Of a stretch of DNA of 64,000 nt, positions 41,404 to 55,054 are shown piece after piece (the first letter of the stretch is position 1; every line of letters begins with the position of its first letter). The translations under genes were made by a program, and so were the position numbers. This DNA is from Balanoglossus misakiensis. Lineage: Eukaryota > Animalia > Hemichordata. Location of the stretch: contig CM082587.2 in NCBI GenBank assembly GCA_040954595.2, forward strand, positions 8,437,403 to 8,501,402, written 5' to 3'. Below the pieces are notes generated by a model. It searched no databases and was not told the origin of the DNA. It worked only from the letters and a program-made list of their open reading frames with translations.

Positions 41404-44400
41404 CTAGTTCGACAGATTTGATGCACATTGCATGAGTTTCTCTAGCACCATTACTAACTGACCATGACCGTTCAACAAACTGTTCCTGGACTCAAGGTGT
41501 TGGCAACAACCATACAATGATCTGGCTGTGATTCGACAGTTCAAATCAGCAATCTGAAACCAAACACATGAATTCACATGTCAATATTTTTTTACTGTAT
41601 AAATAAGGCCAAAATAGCTACATTCTTTTACATCCACTTAAAATTCTGAAAGGTAGATGGGTAAGCAATCATAAAAAACACACACAACACAAAATTGAAG
41701 ACAAAACAATTTCCCTTCATTCGACAGTTTTCTCTTACGGTTATTCCTAAAATGCTTTGGCATCAATTTACGTTACAATATGGCCGACTGGCTGTATTAT
41801 ATGACTGCATGAAGATGTAAATTGACATACTTTTCACATCGATATGACATCAATAAATTTTGCAAGAGATGAAAGGTCAGAGGTAAGACAAAGTAGAAGG
41901 GATGAAGGGCATCAGAGTGAGGGAGGTCAAAGGTCAGAAAGTTCAACTTACGGGGACGTTCTGTATAAAAGCATATATAGCTTGAGACAGCTCTTCAAAT
42001 ACGTCTTGTCTTTCTTGTAAGTTTTCAGAAGGAATGTTCAACATACTGAAGAAAAGTACATGATAGCTACAATTAGACCTGCTCAAACTGAATCTCGTCC
42101 AAATAAGAAATCTGTCAGTAATGAAATATCTCTAAACCACTGTTGGTTCAATTCCATTATGGTACATGTACTGCGTTAACACAGAAAACGGTAAACACCG
42201 ATTATTCATTTTGGCGAGTTTTTCACTCTCGTGTCTACAAGCAGGATGGAAGTTGTTTGTGGTTGAATGTTGATTCACTAAATATCCAGATGTAGAATAA
42301 CATAAACAGTGTCTTGTATCAAACATAATTAATGGAAAAGGGCAGCAAGAGGGAGACTTTGTCCCTTTAATGTTAGGTGATATTGCAGCTGTTCTAGTCA
42401 TCTTGTCCTCTGTAATTTGAATCAGAATAAACATACAAAAACATGGTATGCGCACAAAATATAGCTTGCGTACAAGACTGTACAACTTACTTAATAAGAG
42501 CAGTAGATAGGCACTGTACTTGCGTGCATAGTGTCGATAACAGTTGTACTGCTTGCTGTCTGGATGGTTTGTCTGAAGTGTCGATGGCCGGAAACATGGC
42601 ATCCAAACATCCAAGCACACTGAATATCAGTGAACTGAAAATGAAATAACACAACAATAGATGTGACCGAGACTTGTGATTAATTACCATGGAATTTGAG
42701 AAGATTTAATTCCTTGATTCAAAAGAAAACAAGGATCTCAAATGTGACAAGATCACCTAATATGAGAGAGAATACGCCAATCAGAACCATTACCATGACA
42801 ACATACAAAAACAAAAGAAGTTCTTACGTGTAATAGTTGATGGCTCTCCATATCACTTCAAACACTTCCAAAACATGTCTCTCTTCACTCTCTGTGACTT
42901 TCACTGTCACTGACTCTGAAGCTTCGGGTTTGCTGTTCTCTTGTAAACATGACTTGCCGTTAAGAATATCTTTCGATACTTGTAATATTTCCTGAGTACG
43001 TTCAACAGCAGAGTCCAACCTTTTATTGTAACTGTAAATATGAAATTACGCATCAGAATATTATTGTAATACCGATAATATATAGTGCATCAAACTGTGG
43101 CAAAGATGTTGCTTACAATGTCACCACTCATCCAAAGACGCCCCCAGCATGCGATAAGTACAGACTGACATCTTCAGAGTGAGACAAGCCTGCTTATTCT
43201 ACATGTATACTAACCTATCATGCTCTCTTAATGCTTTGAGCAACTCCAAGGCATCATGGGTAACATTTAAAGACTCTTTCACACCCAAACCAAAACCTGC
43301 AGTACAACACAACATTACAAAAGATAAACACAATTCTTTAGTAGGGCATGAGACAAATGGAGATGAATAGCATACTACAGAAATTACCACAGCTGATGTT
43401 TTGACGTATAGCTAGATCTCAATAGAGGGAAGAGGGGAGGGGGTTAAAGAGTATCTTATACACTAAGACAGATGAAAAAGTTGTCATTCAACAACAGAAT
43501 GGTGTGTGAGGTATATGGAGTCAAGATTTGTACCATATGGCATTTACTAATGTGGCAGTGTATGGAGTCTGAGGGGTGTTATGTTGTGTAACCACTATGT
43601 TAATTATGTCCTGTTATGATCAGGTGAAAACATTGATTTTTATTACCTTTTCCCGGTTGAAAGTGTTGTGACAGATTCTCGATATAGGCTTTCACCTCTT
43701 TCTTCAAATACATACCAAACACAGCAAACCAATGTCTATACAAGAGACGATACAGATTTTCAATGAAACATTAGTTGAGGCTGTGATCATAACTCCATTC
43801 CATCGAACCTTAGAGTTTCAAGATTCATAGTCAAATACAGTTGTAACTTCAGTTTCATTTGAAAGATTTCCACTGGTTGCGATAGCTATAACAGAGTACG
43901 AACAAAGCAAGTTTTTTTATATCCATTTACATCAGGTGCATTGGCTGTTTGAGAAATCACATGATAAACAAGTGAATAACGAGTTTCTCAATCAGAATCT
44001 TATTCGAGGATAGTAGCAAGGCGCCCTCTAGAGCCACAAATATCAATGAACACAGCAGAAAACAATTATGAAATCTGCCTCTTGAGACAGACGAGTGGCC
44101 CAGGGGCTACACTGTAACGAGTCATCCATTTGAGTACAACTAGCCTCAATATAAAAATTAGACATGAAGTAGAACCTCCTGGAAAAACTTTGAATACTGT
44201 TTTCATTCAGGAACTACAACTTTAAAGGTATACAGTCACCTCCAATTTACATACGCCCCCATATATGGCTGAAATGGCATATTTGAGCGTCCTAAAGAAC
44301 ATATGGTGGCGCTCTTTTTTTTTGCGTGTGCCACCCACTGAAAATCTGTGATTGGGTAGATCTCAATTTGCCATGGTAACTATAGACAATTTTCCATAGG

Positions 44401-47400
44401 TGACCGTATACCTTTAATGCAAGTTGACGGTAGCTGATTGATATGTACTGATTTAGAGTTATGATATGATATGAAATACGATTTCAAATCCAAATGTGAG
44501 TGTGTTGGGTTCAAATTTCACACAGTCTTTGAATAAATCAAGATAACTTAAAAATGTTACCCCTGCCAATCGCAAAGTTATCTAGTTATAGAGCTCAGCA
44601 GAAGAGCATTATCTACACATACAGTTGAAATGAACTTACTTCTTGAAGCAATCAAAAACATCTTTTAATGTCCAAGGAGGTTTGATAAGCACAATATCAT
44701 GCCTGTAAAGAGATTCATACATTTACTTTGTTGTATTTTCTCACATATACTTTTTTTTATTTTTTTCTATTTCAATCAAACATGGAACACATACATGTTA
44801 AATTGTTTTATCATTGAACGAATGAATAATTTCACTGAATAATTTTGATGAGTGCTACTGCAACCTGGATTAGATTCAGATATGAAATATTCACAAACAA
44901 TGAATAATTAAGTGGAATATGACGGCTCACCAAAGGTCTGCATAGGCTTTCTTCATTTCTGCTTCCAAAACAACAGATAATGCATCACGTAATATCTGTT
45001 TAAGTTTGCATAGAAGGTCATCTGCCTGAAATAGACAGATACAGATATACAGAACTTGTATGTGCTGTATTTCTTGTGGTTAGAACTTGAGCCCGTGATC
45101 TGAACGTATAAATTAGGGGGGAAATGAGGGGGTTATTGCCCAAGCAGCCATATTTGAAGATTGTCATAAGGCAGCTTTACTGAAGCATTAACAGACTGAA
45201 GAATGGGACATTTTATTTTTTCACAATGAAAAGTGTTTGTTTACATACATGTATCTTATGAAAATTGGGGCCGCAAGGGTTAAGCTTTCAAACTTTTTAT
45301 ATTTCACTATTTGTAGTACAAATAGTTTTTTCCTTTTTGTCAGAACAGCATCAGAGTTTCACTTGTTCACTGTTTGCAACTGTTTTTTTCTAACAAAATT
45401 TAGGGTTTGTGTATACTAATGTATAGTTCTATCTCATTTATTTTGCTCCTATTCAATCAAACATGGATAACAGATGGAATGGATAACAGATTAAGATACA
45501 CAAAAGTCTAAGAATAAAAACCTCAACATACCATTTCCTGAGATTCTTTCTGTTTTGCTGTTCTTGTTTTTGTTATTGCCATTTCAGTTTTGTTGACTGG
45601 AGCGACACTGACAGGCGTTGATTGTCTTGCAGGCATTGAAGAGTCCTGCACAAACAGATCTGCTATTCCCTTCAGTAAACTCTGTACAAATACAATTGAA
45701 CTGCGTCACGATCTCTCATCAATTAATACATTAAAGGGACAAAGTCTCTCTCTCGTTACCCTTTTTCCATTAATTATGTTTGATACAAGACATCGTTTAT
45801 GTTATTCTACATGTGGATATGTAGTGAATCAATGTTCAACCACACACAAATTCCATCCCGTTTGTAGAAGATGAGAGTAAACATCTCGCCAAAATGAATA
45901 AATGGTAAATGCTGATTATTCATTTTGGCAAATTTTTCACTCTCATGTCTACAAGTGGGATGGAAGTTGTGTGTAGTTTAACGTTCGTTCACTACATATA
46001 CACATTTAAATTAACATAAATGGTGTCTTGTATCAAACATAAATCATGGATAAAGGGCAGAGAGAGAGACTTTGTCCCTTTGGATTGTTACAAGGCAGGG
46101 AAAATTGTGAAAATACCCCAGAGAAAATGAATGAATCTGACACTTAAAACAGAACTGTTCATCTCAATTTCAGACTTGTGACATCATAGATGCACTTACC
46201 TCTCTTGTAAATGCAGGGACATTTGAAACAATGGCTTTGTTGCACAGATTCTTATCATCACTGAATAACACTACAGTGACATCACCAACTGTAAAAAAAA
46301 TACCACACATGATAATATTATCAAAACTTGACATGTCTGTGACATTGTCATATGACAAAATACACAACATATATACATGTAGTATGGTTTTCTAGCAATT
46401 GTATTCAATACTATGGCAACAGAAAAACATGGCTCTCAATCATGTCTGTACTTCTGGTATGACTATGGTTAAGAGTGATTTCTGACTAAAGATTAAAGAT
46501 GAAGTCAGCAGTAAGCTACGATATGCACGCTGCATTTGCCCAGTAGGGGGCGCTTGCCTGACAAATTCTGGTATATAAATACAGATCCATATATACACAC
46601 GCATACCAGAACATACATTGTACACACATATCACTTACATACATACATGTACATACATTGTACTGATGGATTCTACCTGATCACACATACCAAATGAGAC
46701 TCGCTGATACAAATTACATGAAACAATGTATTCAAGAAAGGTAATTCTGCTTTCACATGCTACATATGAAGGTTGATTGCTATCTATATCTGTACCTTTT
46801 TGTTGAAACTGTAAACAGCAATGTAGAACTCTATCATCATTGCTTTCCATGTTGAGCGACTCAAACTTGACTGATGCCTGAAAAAAATAACACAAAGCAG
46901 ATATACTATAAATATACCGCATTCACCTATGTCAAATTAGAATATGTTTTTGATATTCTCTTTTGGGTTTAGACACTTTGCAACAATCTGGTGGTATTTT
47001 CTCTTTTTTTAACAGATTATACATATATGCCAGCTTTTGGTTCGGTTATTCAGGAAAATCCATTATCACTATGTATAACTTGTGCAATTTTTTTTTTTTT
47101 ACAAAAGCAGTGGCGGAAGTTGCATTCCAGATAATTATCAACATACTGGATTTTGAATCATTGGAAAAAAAGTGCTTAACTTAAAGTTCGTCACTATTCT
47201 GTATTCTAGGTTAATGGAGTGCATGCTAGTTACAGAACATGACACGCATTCTACAGTGCACCATTGGAATAACGCTATAAGACTCGCTATTTACATCTTT
47301 AGTTACGTAACTAATTTGATTAGGTGTAGACATATATGCTTTGAAAAACATCTGAATTTTGAGTACACCTTTATCTGCTGGGTAAAAAAGTACACATTAA

Positions 47401-50400
47401 AATAATAATAACTACCGGTACAAGATTTTAGAATCTAACAATTTCAAAGTGGTCCCTTGATATGAGATATAACTACTTACCTCAGTTATTGATTGACCTT
47501 TGACACGAGGATGTGCACTCTCCAGGCATTTATGTAGAAAGTCAATCGCTTTCTGAGCTTTTCGTTGAATATCATAACTCTGTAATTCACAAATTAAACT
47601 TCTATGAGCTTGTTGAAGATTATCAGATTTTTGCAATAATATGAAAATATTATTAGTTGCACTATAAAATTCCATACTAACAAACAAACACAAACATCTG
47701 TAGATAAACTATTCTGAATGAACCAGAGCTAACTGTAGCATTTTATGAATAAGCAGTGTCACGTTTTCTTGATTGTTGTTTGTACTTTACTTCTTAAAAA
47801 GTTCTCAAGCATGTTATTAAAGTCAGAATGCAAAAAAATAAATCAAAATATACTTAAAATAAATCAAGTGTTAAATAAACAACAAATGGTTGAAAATCAT
47901 AAACAATGTACAGAGATTCCCAGACAAATTCACTTTGAGATTAAACAGAATATATTTGATAAATACTCACCACAGTTTTTCTGGCCTGATAAAAGAAAAA
48001 ATATTTGAACTATTAGGTGAGACACTGACACATGTTGTAGGAATATCGAACATACTGGCACGAACAAATGATAAACTTACAATGAAATGTTAAAACACAC
48101 GGATTGCTTATAACATATCAGCTAATAAATATCAATGACACAAACTAAATACTGTAAAACGGGTTATTTTTGCGAGCAATAAATTTTCGCGAAAAATGCG
48201 AGCCTAAAAAACATGACAATAAAAAGTCGCATAAAATGTTTTTCGGAGATAATGATGCAGTTAGTTCTTATCTCTCATTTTACCTTCAGAGAATCCAGTT
48301 CTTGCATGACAACCCAGGGAATAATCAAAGTCGGCCTGCCACATTCTGAAAAATAATCATTTATTATTATTTCAAGTACTCATGCTTCAATAATTTAAAA
48401 ATTGTATCAAGGACACTGTGGTCCCATTTAGGGATTACACAAGAAAAAGTCTACACCAGAGTACATATACAGACAGACAGACACACACTGATGATGTCAT
48501 GGCTATGCCAGCCTGGATTCAAAAGGGCAAAGGTCAACCTGGACTACGGTAATTCCATAATTATTCTTCAATGATGATATAGTATCTACCTTTAAAGCAA
48601 TGATCTTTGAATTCCTCCAAAAACTTCAAATGGTTGATGAGTACATTGGTATCCAAGACAACAATCAGCTTTCCCTGTCAGAAAAAGAAAATAGCAAACA
48701 GAAATGATTTTAAAATTGTATCAAAAAATGTAAATGTAGTCCGTTCAAGAACAGATTTTCTTGCATTTATATACAATGTACTAAGTTTATCTTTACTTCG
48801 ATCATAAATTAACTTGTCTGTGACAGTTATTCACAGAAAATGAAGACTGAATTATGATGATAATATGTTTTAATACACAGGATGAAATCAAGGTTTGCGT
48901 TTTACCTAATCTTCACAATTTGTTTTCTTGATAATTACAAAATGTACTTTTATTGCAAGCAGAGTACCAATATAGTGTCTAGATCTTCAAGACCGACTAA
49001 GAGACTAGTGCAGTACAACATCATGCTTCTATGTGCACAACAAAATTAAAAACTTTGACTGGCAACTGTAAAATATTAAAGAAATATTACTTCAAAATAC
49101 TACTTGTGTTAACAGTGTTGGCATTTTTGGTGCATGTCATACACTGATGAAAAACGCTCAGACAAATACGGCAACTGAAGTCTGAACATTGAAAAGCTGT
49201 CATGAATTCACAGACATACAAAGTAACATGTACCTGTTGAGATTTCAGATTAGCTGTACTGGGTGACACATCCAATGATGTCAGTCTGCCGTATTTCTGT
49301 CAAACAATAGACATGGACATCATCAGTTTTTATAGTCTGTAGAGAAAACACTACTAACACTGGTAGGGACAATGCAATTCCGAAGAAAAATGTTGAGAAA
49401 GCACACCTCCTGTTGAATCCAGATCCAGGTATCTTTTCAAAAGCTGATATCCAGTTCGTCACATAGATCCATAAATAATAATCCCCAATGAAGATTACAA
49501 ATATCACTTTATCAGATATTATAGACCATTGTGACTCAACATTCAACATTGTCTCATACATTGTAGAGTTTGCACTGCGGTCGTCTATTGTGTACATGTA
49601 TACATGTATGTGTGTTTGTCTGTGTGAGAGAGAGAGAGGGTGTGTGTGTGTGTGTGTGTACATAAGCACTAGGAATTGTAAATATCAAGGCCAGTTGACT
49701 GTATCACTGCTATCACGACATTAGGTGGAAATATCAAAGTTAGACGGGCAGACGCGCAGTAACAGTTCAACTACATGTATGTGTACACTGGAAGCAAACA
49801 AGTGACTACAACCATGTAGCTTCAAATTATTGACAAATGAAATCCAAAAGACTCACCTCTTGAGGATCAATCTGAATACTTTCTCTCAATTCTTGAAGCT
49901 GAAAAGAATTAACGAACAGGTATTTCTCCACATAATGTAAATGATGGGCACCAACTTTGACCATTGCCATTTACTTACTCTCATTACCTATATACTCATT
50001 GCTATCTCTTTAGGAAGAGTTGGAAATGCTTGATACTTAAATAATTCAAAGGAATCTGTCTCCTCTGCTAATAGTAGACCATTGATATGAAAATCCTCAT
50101 ATGAAACTTTTGTTGTGTTTCAATCTTGGGATATTGATGTGAGCAAAGAAGATGAAGAAATTTTACAATATGTATTGACCATGAATTTGACACTCAGAGT
50201 ACAATAGTAACTTAGCTACTCTATCATCTGTGGAATCATTATGGTAAAAACTAATCTGTGATGTCAAATACAGGAAGTATATATATATTTCAATCTGTTA
50301 CAATATCAAAACTAACACAATTGATAAGTCACTCATCTTTTTACATCATTAATGTTCAATGTGATCTTTACAATAACCCTTTCCTCTCAATTATAAATGT

Positions 50401-52611
50401 CAGACAATGCACAGAGTGAACTTACCTCTGTTACTATAAAATCCGTGCCAGAATCTGTCCAATCCATGTCCATTTCCATCATATCTCCATTATCACTGAC
50501 CACATTCAGTGCAGAGTCTGAAAAATCCATTCCTTCAATACTAGATTCCTCACCCTGACTCTCAGGTAAAGCTTTTTTCGCACCAATAACATTTTCCTGT
50601 TTGGGATTTCTTGGCAAGGGATCACCTTCCTTTACCTTCTGCAAAGTTGTCACTTTCAAACTTGGACATTCGTTGGCTTTTTCAGATTTAGTTGTCTGTG
50701 CATTTTGAGAGAGGTGCTCACCAGTAATTGTTTTTGCTTGAATTGGTAATGATGAGCTGGGTGGACATCTTGTCTGGCCTTTCTCTCTTGTGACTGCAAG
50801 TTCTTGTGTGACCTTTGACCTATCTCTGGCACTTGTCTCTGTCACTTTTGTTTCACTTGGTGTAACATGATCGCTGGCCGAGTTGGACATTTTTGCCGTG
50901 TTTGCATTTTTGGCAATCACTCCAGGAGTTTTATCACATTGACTTGCAACAGCTCTGTTAGAGGATTGCATTTTGCATACTGATGTAGTATTTCTTTCCT
51001 GTGTACTGATGGATTTTGATTCTTTGGATGGTGTTTTTATTATCCTGGCAATGGATGAAGTTACTGGACTTGGACTTGTAGTTCTTCTATTAACACCAGA
51101 CTGCTCATCTCTGAGATGCAAAACGGATGGGCTTTTCTGAAGCCCTTGCGTACTGTTGTCATTTACATTGACTTTAACTTGAGAGTCGAGTCTTCTCTTA
51201 CCACTTAACAGTCTTCTTGGTTTGTTGATATCATCCGTTACATGAGTTTGTTGTTTATCTTCTTTTCTCTGCTGTTGTGTTCTTTTTCGAGAGTTTCCGC
51301 TGCCATTATCGTCCCCTCCTTCGCTTTTGCGATCACAAGAAACCCCTGAGTGACTTCGAGACGATTTATTTGCAGTGTCCGACGCAGCTGTGAGTTTGAC
51401 ATTATCCCTATTTGGCGTTTTCTCCGTAGTGTTCAGCTTTGCACATGGACTTGGGAGTTGGCTGCTGGGCCTGGCCTGCTGCTCTTCTGTACGGCTGCTT
51501 TTAGGACCGCTGGGGCACACATCGCCAGCACTCCAGCGTTTCTTCTGCCCTGCCTTCGGACTGATCAGTGGCGCTGGAAAACTGCCTTCTCCACAAGACT
51601 CAGCAGATGTTCTACGTCTCTTTGCACTTGAACTTGACTTTGAAGAACTGGACCTACCGTTTTTGTGTCTGCAATGACCTCTGACCTGCGGTGTTTCATT
51701 TTCGGAGTTTTTCTCAACTCTGGGGTTGGCATCTGCACTGGATTCAATACCCCTTAACCAGGTCTGAATACGATCGATAGTGACAATAGCTGGGGCATCT
51801 CCTCCGTACAAGAGATCATTGAGTGATGAGTTGGGTGTAGATGCCTGTGCTGTTGGACTAACAGACTGCAACAGAATGTCTGATCTTGCAGATGTAGTGG
51901 GCTGAGTGGATCCAGGAGATGATACTTGTCTTTCTTTGTCTGCATTCTACAGGAAATAACATCAAAACAAAAGGACATTGTGACAACATCAAAGCAAAGT
52001 TCATGTTCTTTCAAACAAATTGGAATGCTTTGAGACCCATCCTACTAAAGCAGTGTTTCAATCAGCAATCTTGATCAATGCTTTTTTTTATCAGTGTATC
52101 AGAAAAGCCTACATCTAGTTACATGATTATGATAAATTAATTATAATTAATCCTAATTAATGATCCCATTCTTCGCAACACTAAAGTCTTTGGTCAAATT
52201 TGAATACAATTAGCTAATAAGTTCACATTTGTCAGAATATTGGTTCTGGACATAAAGAAAATTGTGAAATCTGGTCACTTTGCTGCCATTTTGGATTGTA
52301 TTCCCAAACATATTGTGACCAATCTATAAGAATTATATACATCTTTTCCTTGTACCAAGTTTAAATTATAAAATTATTGAAAAATAAATATAGCGATAGT
52401 CCAATAAAAAAGGCTATGGACTTTGTAAAAAGAACATTTAACTTCATGTCATTACCGTTAAGTTCCAGTTTGGAATTTCCCAACTTTTTTCACCTGTGTT
52501 GACATTGAAGTAATAAGTTTTATCCGGAATTTTCTTTGTTGATTTACAGACTATCCAACCATCTGGAAGATCTTGTGTCTGTTTTTTGGATTTCTTGGAT
52601 TTTTCATTCAT
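41404..52611 (-). CDS. SWT1: SWT1 RNA endoribonuclease homolog (WW + low-complexity linker + PIN + C-terminal helical domain), about 1094 aa
   Basis: 19 exons, total 3285 nt in frame: 52456-52611 (WW), 50426-51946, 49857-49898, 49234-49296, 48590-48674 (IVVLDTNVLI), 48284-48345 (IPWVVMQELDSLK), 47971-47985, 47481-47579, 46796-46877 (NDDRVLHCC), 46200-46288 (LFSDDKNLCNKA), 45532-45681, 44931-45025, 44640-44702 (KPPWTLKD), 43647-43735 (HWFAVFG), 43215-43296, 42828-43031, 42491-42634, 41952-42045, 41404-41553. The four acidic PIN catalytic positions are present. Confidence 0.9.
42150..42370. mobile_element. MITE family A, right half
   Basis: Ends gagggagactttgtccctttaa and shares ggatggaagttg..gtagaataacataaa. 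Confidence 0.7.
44222..44417. mobile_element. MITE family B, about 190 bp, TTAA-flanked with AGG termini (Kolobok/T2-type)
   Basis: TTAA|AGGTATACAGTCACCT...AGGTGACCGTATACCT|TTAA. Other copies at 1306-1500, 10589-10782 (inverted), 61335-61528, and a fragment near 23130-23212. Confidence 0.85.
45733..46081. mobile_element. Near-palindromic MITE family A (AAAGGGACAAAGTCTCTCTCT termini), full-length copy
   Basis: TTAAAGGGACAAAGTCTCTCTCT ... AGAGAGAGACTTTGTCCCTTT with long internal inverted arms. Partial copies at about 1-195, 7530-7756, 16394-16662 and 42150-42370. Confidence 0.85.
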
Positions 52612-52797
52612 TGTCTTCGCTACATGTTGAAGAATCTGTAAATGATGAAATGGATCATGGTTACAAGCCACTCTGCCAGTGATAGCAGATAATATTAGGT
52701 ATATTTCTTATATATGTGTAGTTTTTTACTTTAAATTTAAATCATAAGAAAGCCAGGATCTTCGTCTTGGGATGTGTCACGCTGATTCGGTATAGTG

Positions 52798-53002
52798 GGA
52801 TCTGGTTCTCTTAGTGGACACGACTATACCCCATGGCAACGATACCATGGCAATGAGGGTGAGTTAGGGTTAGGGTTAGGAGGGTTAGGGGTGGCAATGT
52901 TAGGGTGAATTTAACCCTAACCCTAACCCTCCTAACCCTAACCCTAAAAAACCATATTATCGCCCGTGGAGTATAGTCGTGTCCACTAAGAGAACCAGAT
53001 CC
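52798..53002. mobile_element. 205-bp TIR element with 8-bp TSD carrying inverted telomeric repeats
   Basis: GTATAGTG|GGATCTGGTTCTCTTAGTGGACACGACTATAC...(TTAGGG)n..(CCCTAA)n...GTATAGTCGTGTCCACTAAGAGAACCAGATCC|GTATAGTG. Confidence 0.9.
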
Positions 53003-53701
53003 GTATAGTGTACATTACAATAACAAAACGAACATGTAAAATACCTAGCTGTACGCAGCTGTACCATGGGGGGGGGGGGGGGGGGGTGATTACCCAGCCC
53101 CCCCTCCAGAACAGCTTGTAAAATTCCAAGCATCCTTAAATTTCTATCATTTACAAAGACGTGTACGCAAGTGCATATGCATGATGACATGCACGTGCTT
53201 TCTGAAGTGATGAATTGATGATGATAGAATAGATGAAAAATTGCGACAAGCGATCTTGAACTTGAATTTGAGGGACACATCCGGCCAGCGCATTAACTTA
53301 GAAAACTTACATAATCTCTGCTGTCCTGAAAAACCAGAGACTCAGCGTTCTCTCTGCTGTCTATGATATAAGCTGTATGAGAGTGTTGTTGTCCAATGAC
53401 CTGAAAGAGGTGAAAGTAATGTCTTCTGCAATATCCGCAGTCAGAAGCACTTTATGAACACGGAAGTAAATTTAACCTCGTTCGCAGACCTTGGTTGCAG
53501 TATACCTTTTTGACTGAATAGTTCTATAGTCAAGATATAAAACAAAAAAGTTTTAAAACAAAAATAGAAAATTCCAGATTTTATCAAATTTGAATAAATC
53601 TAACATAATGTTTGATCAGTTGCCTTCCTCAGCCTATCTAGTACTCTAGGCTTCATGTTTTTCTATAGTATTTGCACACTTATGCTAGTGTGAGTGAGTA
53701 A

Positions 53702-54487
53702 GGCTGCATTCACAAACACCTCTGGAGGGGGGGGGGGGCAGGAGAATTGAGGGGGGGGATTTGAAAAAATTGAGGGTATGTAAGGGGGGGGATTTGAAAT
53801 AATTTAGGGACTGAAAGGGGGGGACTTGAAAACTTTGACGACTAAATATTTATTTTGAGTCCACAAAAATGCAGTTTCGCGCCCTTTATTTTACAAAATT
53901 TTCTAATGTGGGAGGGGGACACCCCCTCCCACACCCACCCCCTCCATTCATCAACACCTTTCAATCATTGACTGGTTTATCTAGTGTTCCAGGTCAGGGG
54001 ACTTGCCCCCACCCCATGATAACTTTGAGCGGCGATAGTTAAATTTGTCCTCCCCAACATACCGGTAGTTGAGTTAATTTGCTTTTGCCGGGTTCATTAA
54101 AATGCAGCTTTGAGCTCTGTATTTTATAAAATTTTCTTACGTGGGAGGGGGACACCCCCTCCCAAACCCACCCCCTTCACTTCTCGGTTTACAATATCTC
54201 CCAACACAAAATAAAAACAATGTTCAGTTTTAATACCCACTGATGAGGGGAAACATCAGTTTCAAATTCTTTTCATGGGAGCGCTGTTTTTCTTTTTTAC
54301 AAGATAGATAGGTGATGTGTTTTGCTCTGTGAAAGAAAATAGGGGGGGGGGATTTGAAAATTTTAGCCGTTCGGAAGGGGGGGATTTGAAAATATTTCGG
54401 GTTGTTGAGGGGGGGCATGTGAAAATTAACGGGAAAAAAAATTGAATTCTCCCGCCCCCCCCTCCAGAGGTGTTTGTGAATGCAGCC
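53702..54487. mobile_element. PIF/Harbinger-type MITE, TAA TSD, G-run rich
   Basis: TAA|GGCTGCATTCACAAACACCTCTGGAGGGGG...CCCCCTCCAGAGGTGTTTGTGAATGCAGCC|TAA with subterminal GGGGGGGATTTGAAA repeats. Confidence 0.85.
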
Positions 54488-54939
54488 TAACTGAAAAAAA
54501 ACATGCAGCCAGAGTAGACTATCCCCAACCAACATCTGTGACAAGAGTAATTGCCCCTGCTGGAACTCACAAAGGAAGGATTATGTGTTTTGGTCCCTCC
54601 CCTTTCTGCCTTTGTCTGGTTTAGACCTTTGAGAACTTTTGATAAACGGGTGGAGATTGCAGGGTTGCCCAAATAACTGACTTGTGCTATTTTGCTCATT
54701 TAGCTAGAGTAATTTATAGCTGCAACTTGGAGTTAATAAAGGGAGAGCCAGATACTTTCATCTGTTGTCGGTTTCGGCCAGCCATGATTTGTATTAGAAA
54801 AAAATGTTTGTTTACAAATATTGTTACGCTTGTTTGTTTGCTTGTTTGCTTATTGATAGTGACTGAACCCCAACCCTAAACCTAACCATTGAGTATCCCC
54901 TAACCCTAACCTGTTAACAAACAAACGTGACAATATTTG

Positions 54940-55054
<115 letters not shown>

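Noticed and set aside
51350-51677. Plus-strand ORFs antisense to SWT1 exon 2 (similar shadow ORFs occur at 30061-30448 and 62430-62630)
   Set aside because: Shadow ORFs of real coding exons.
52860-52950. Genuine ancestral telomere-telomere fusion site
   Set aside because: The repeats are enclosed by TIRs and an exact 8-bp TSD within a continuous gene, so it is a transposon insertion.
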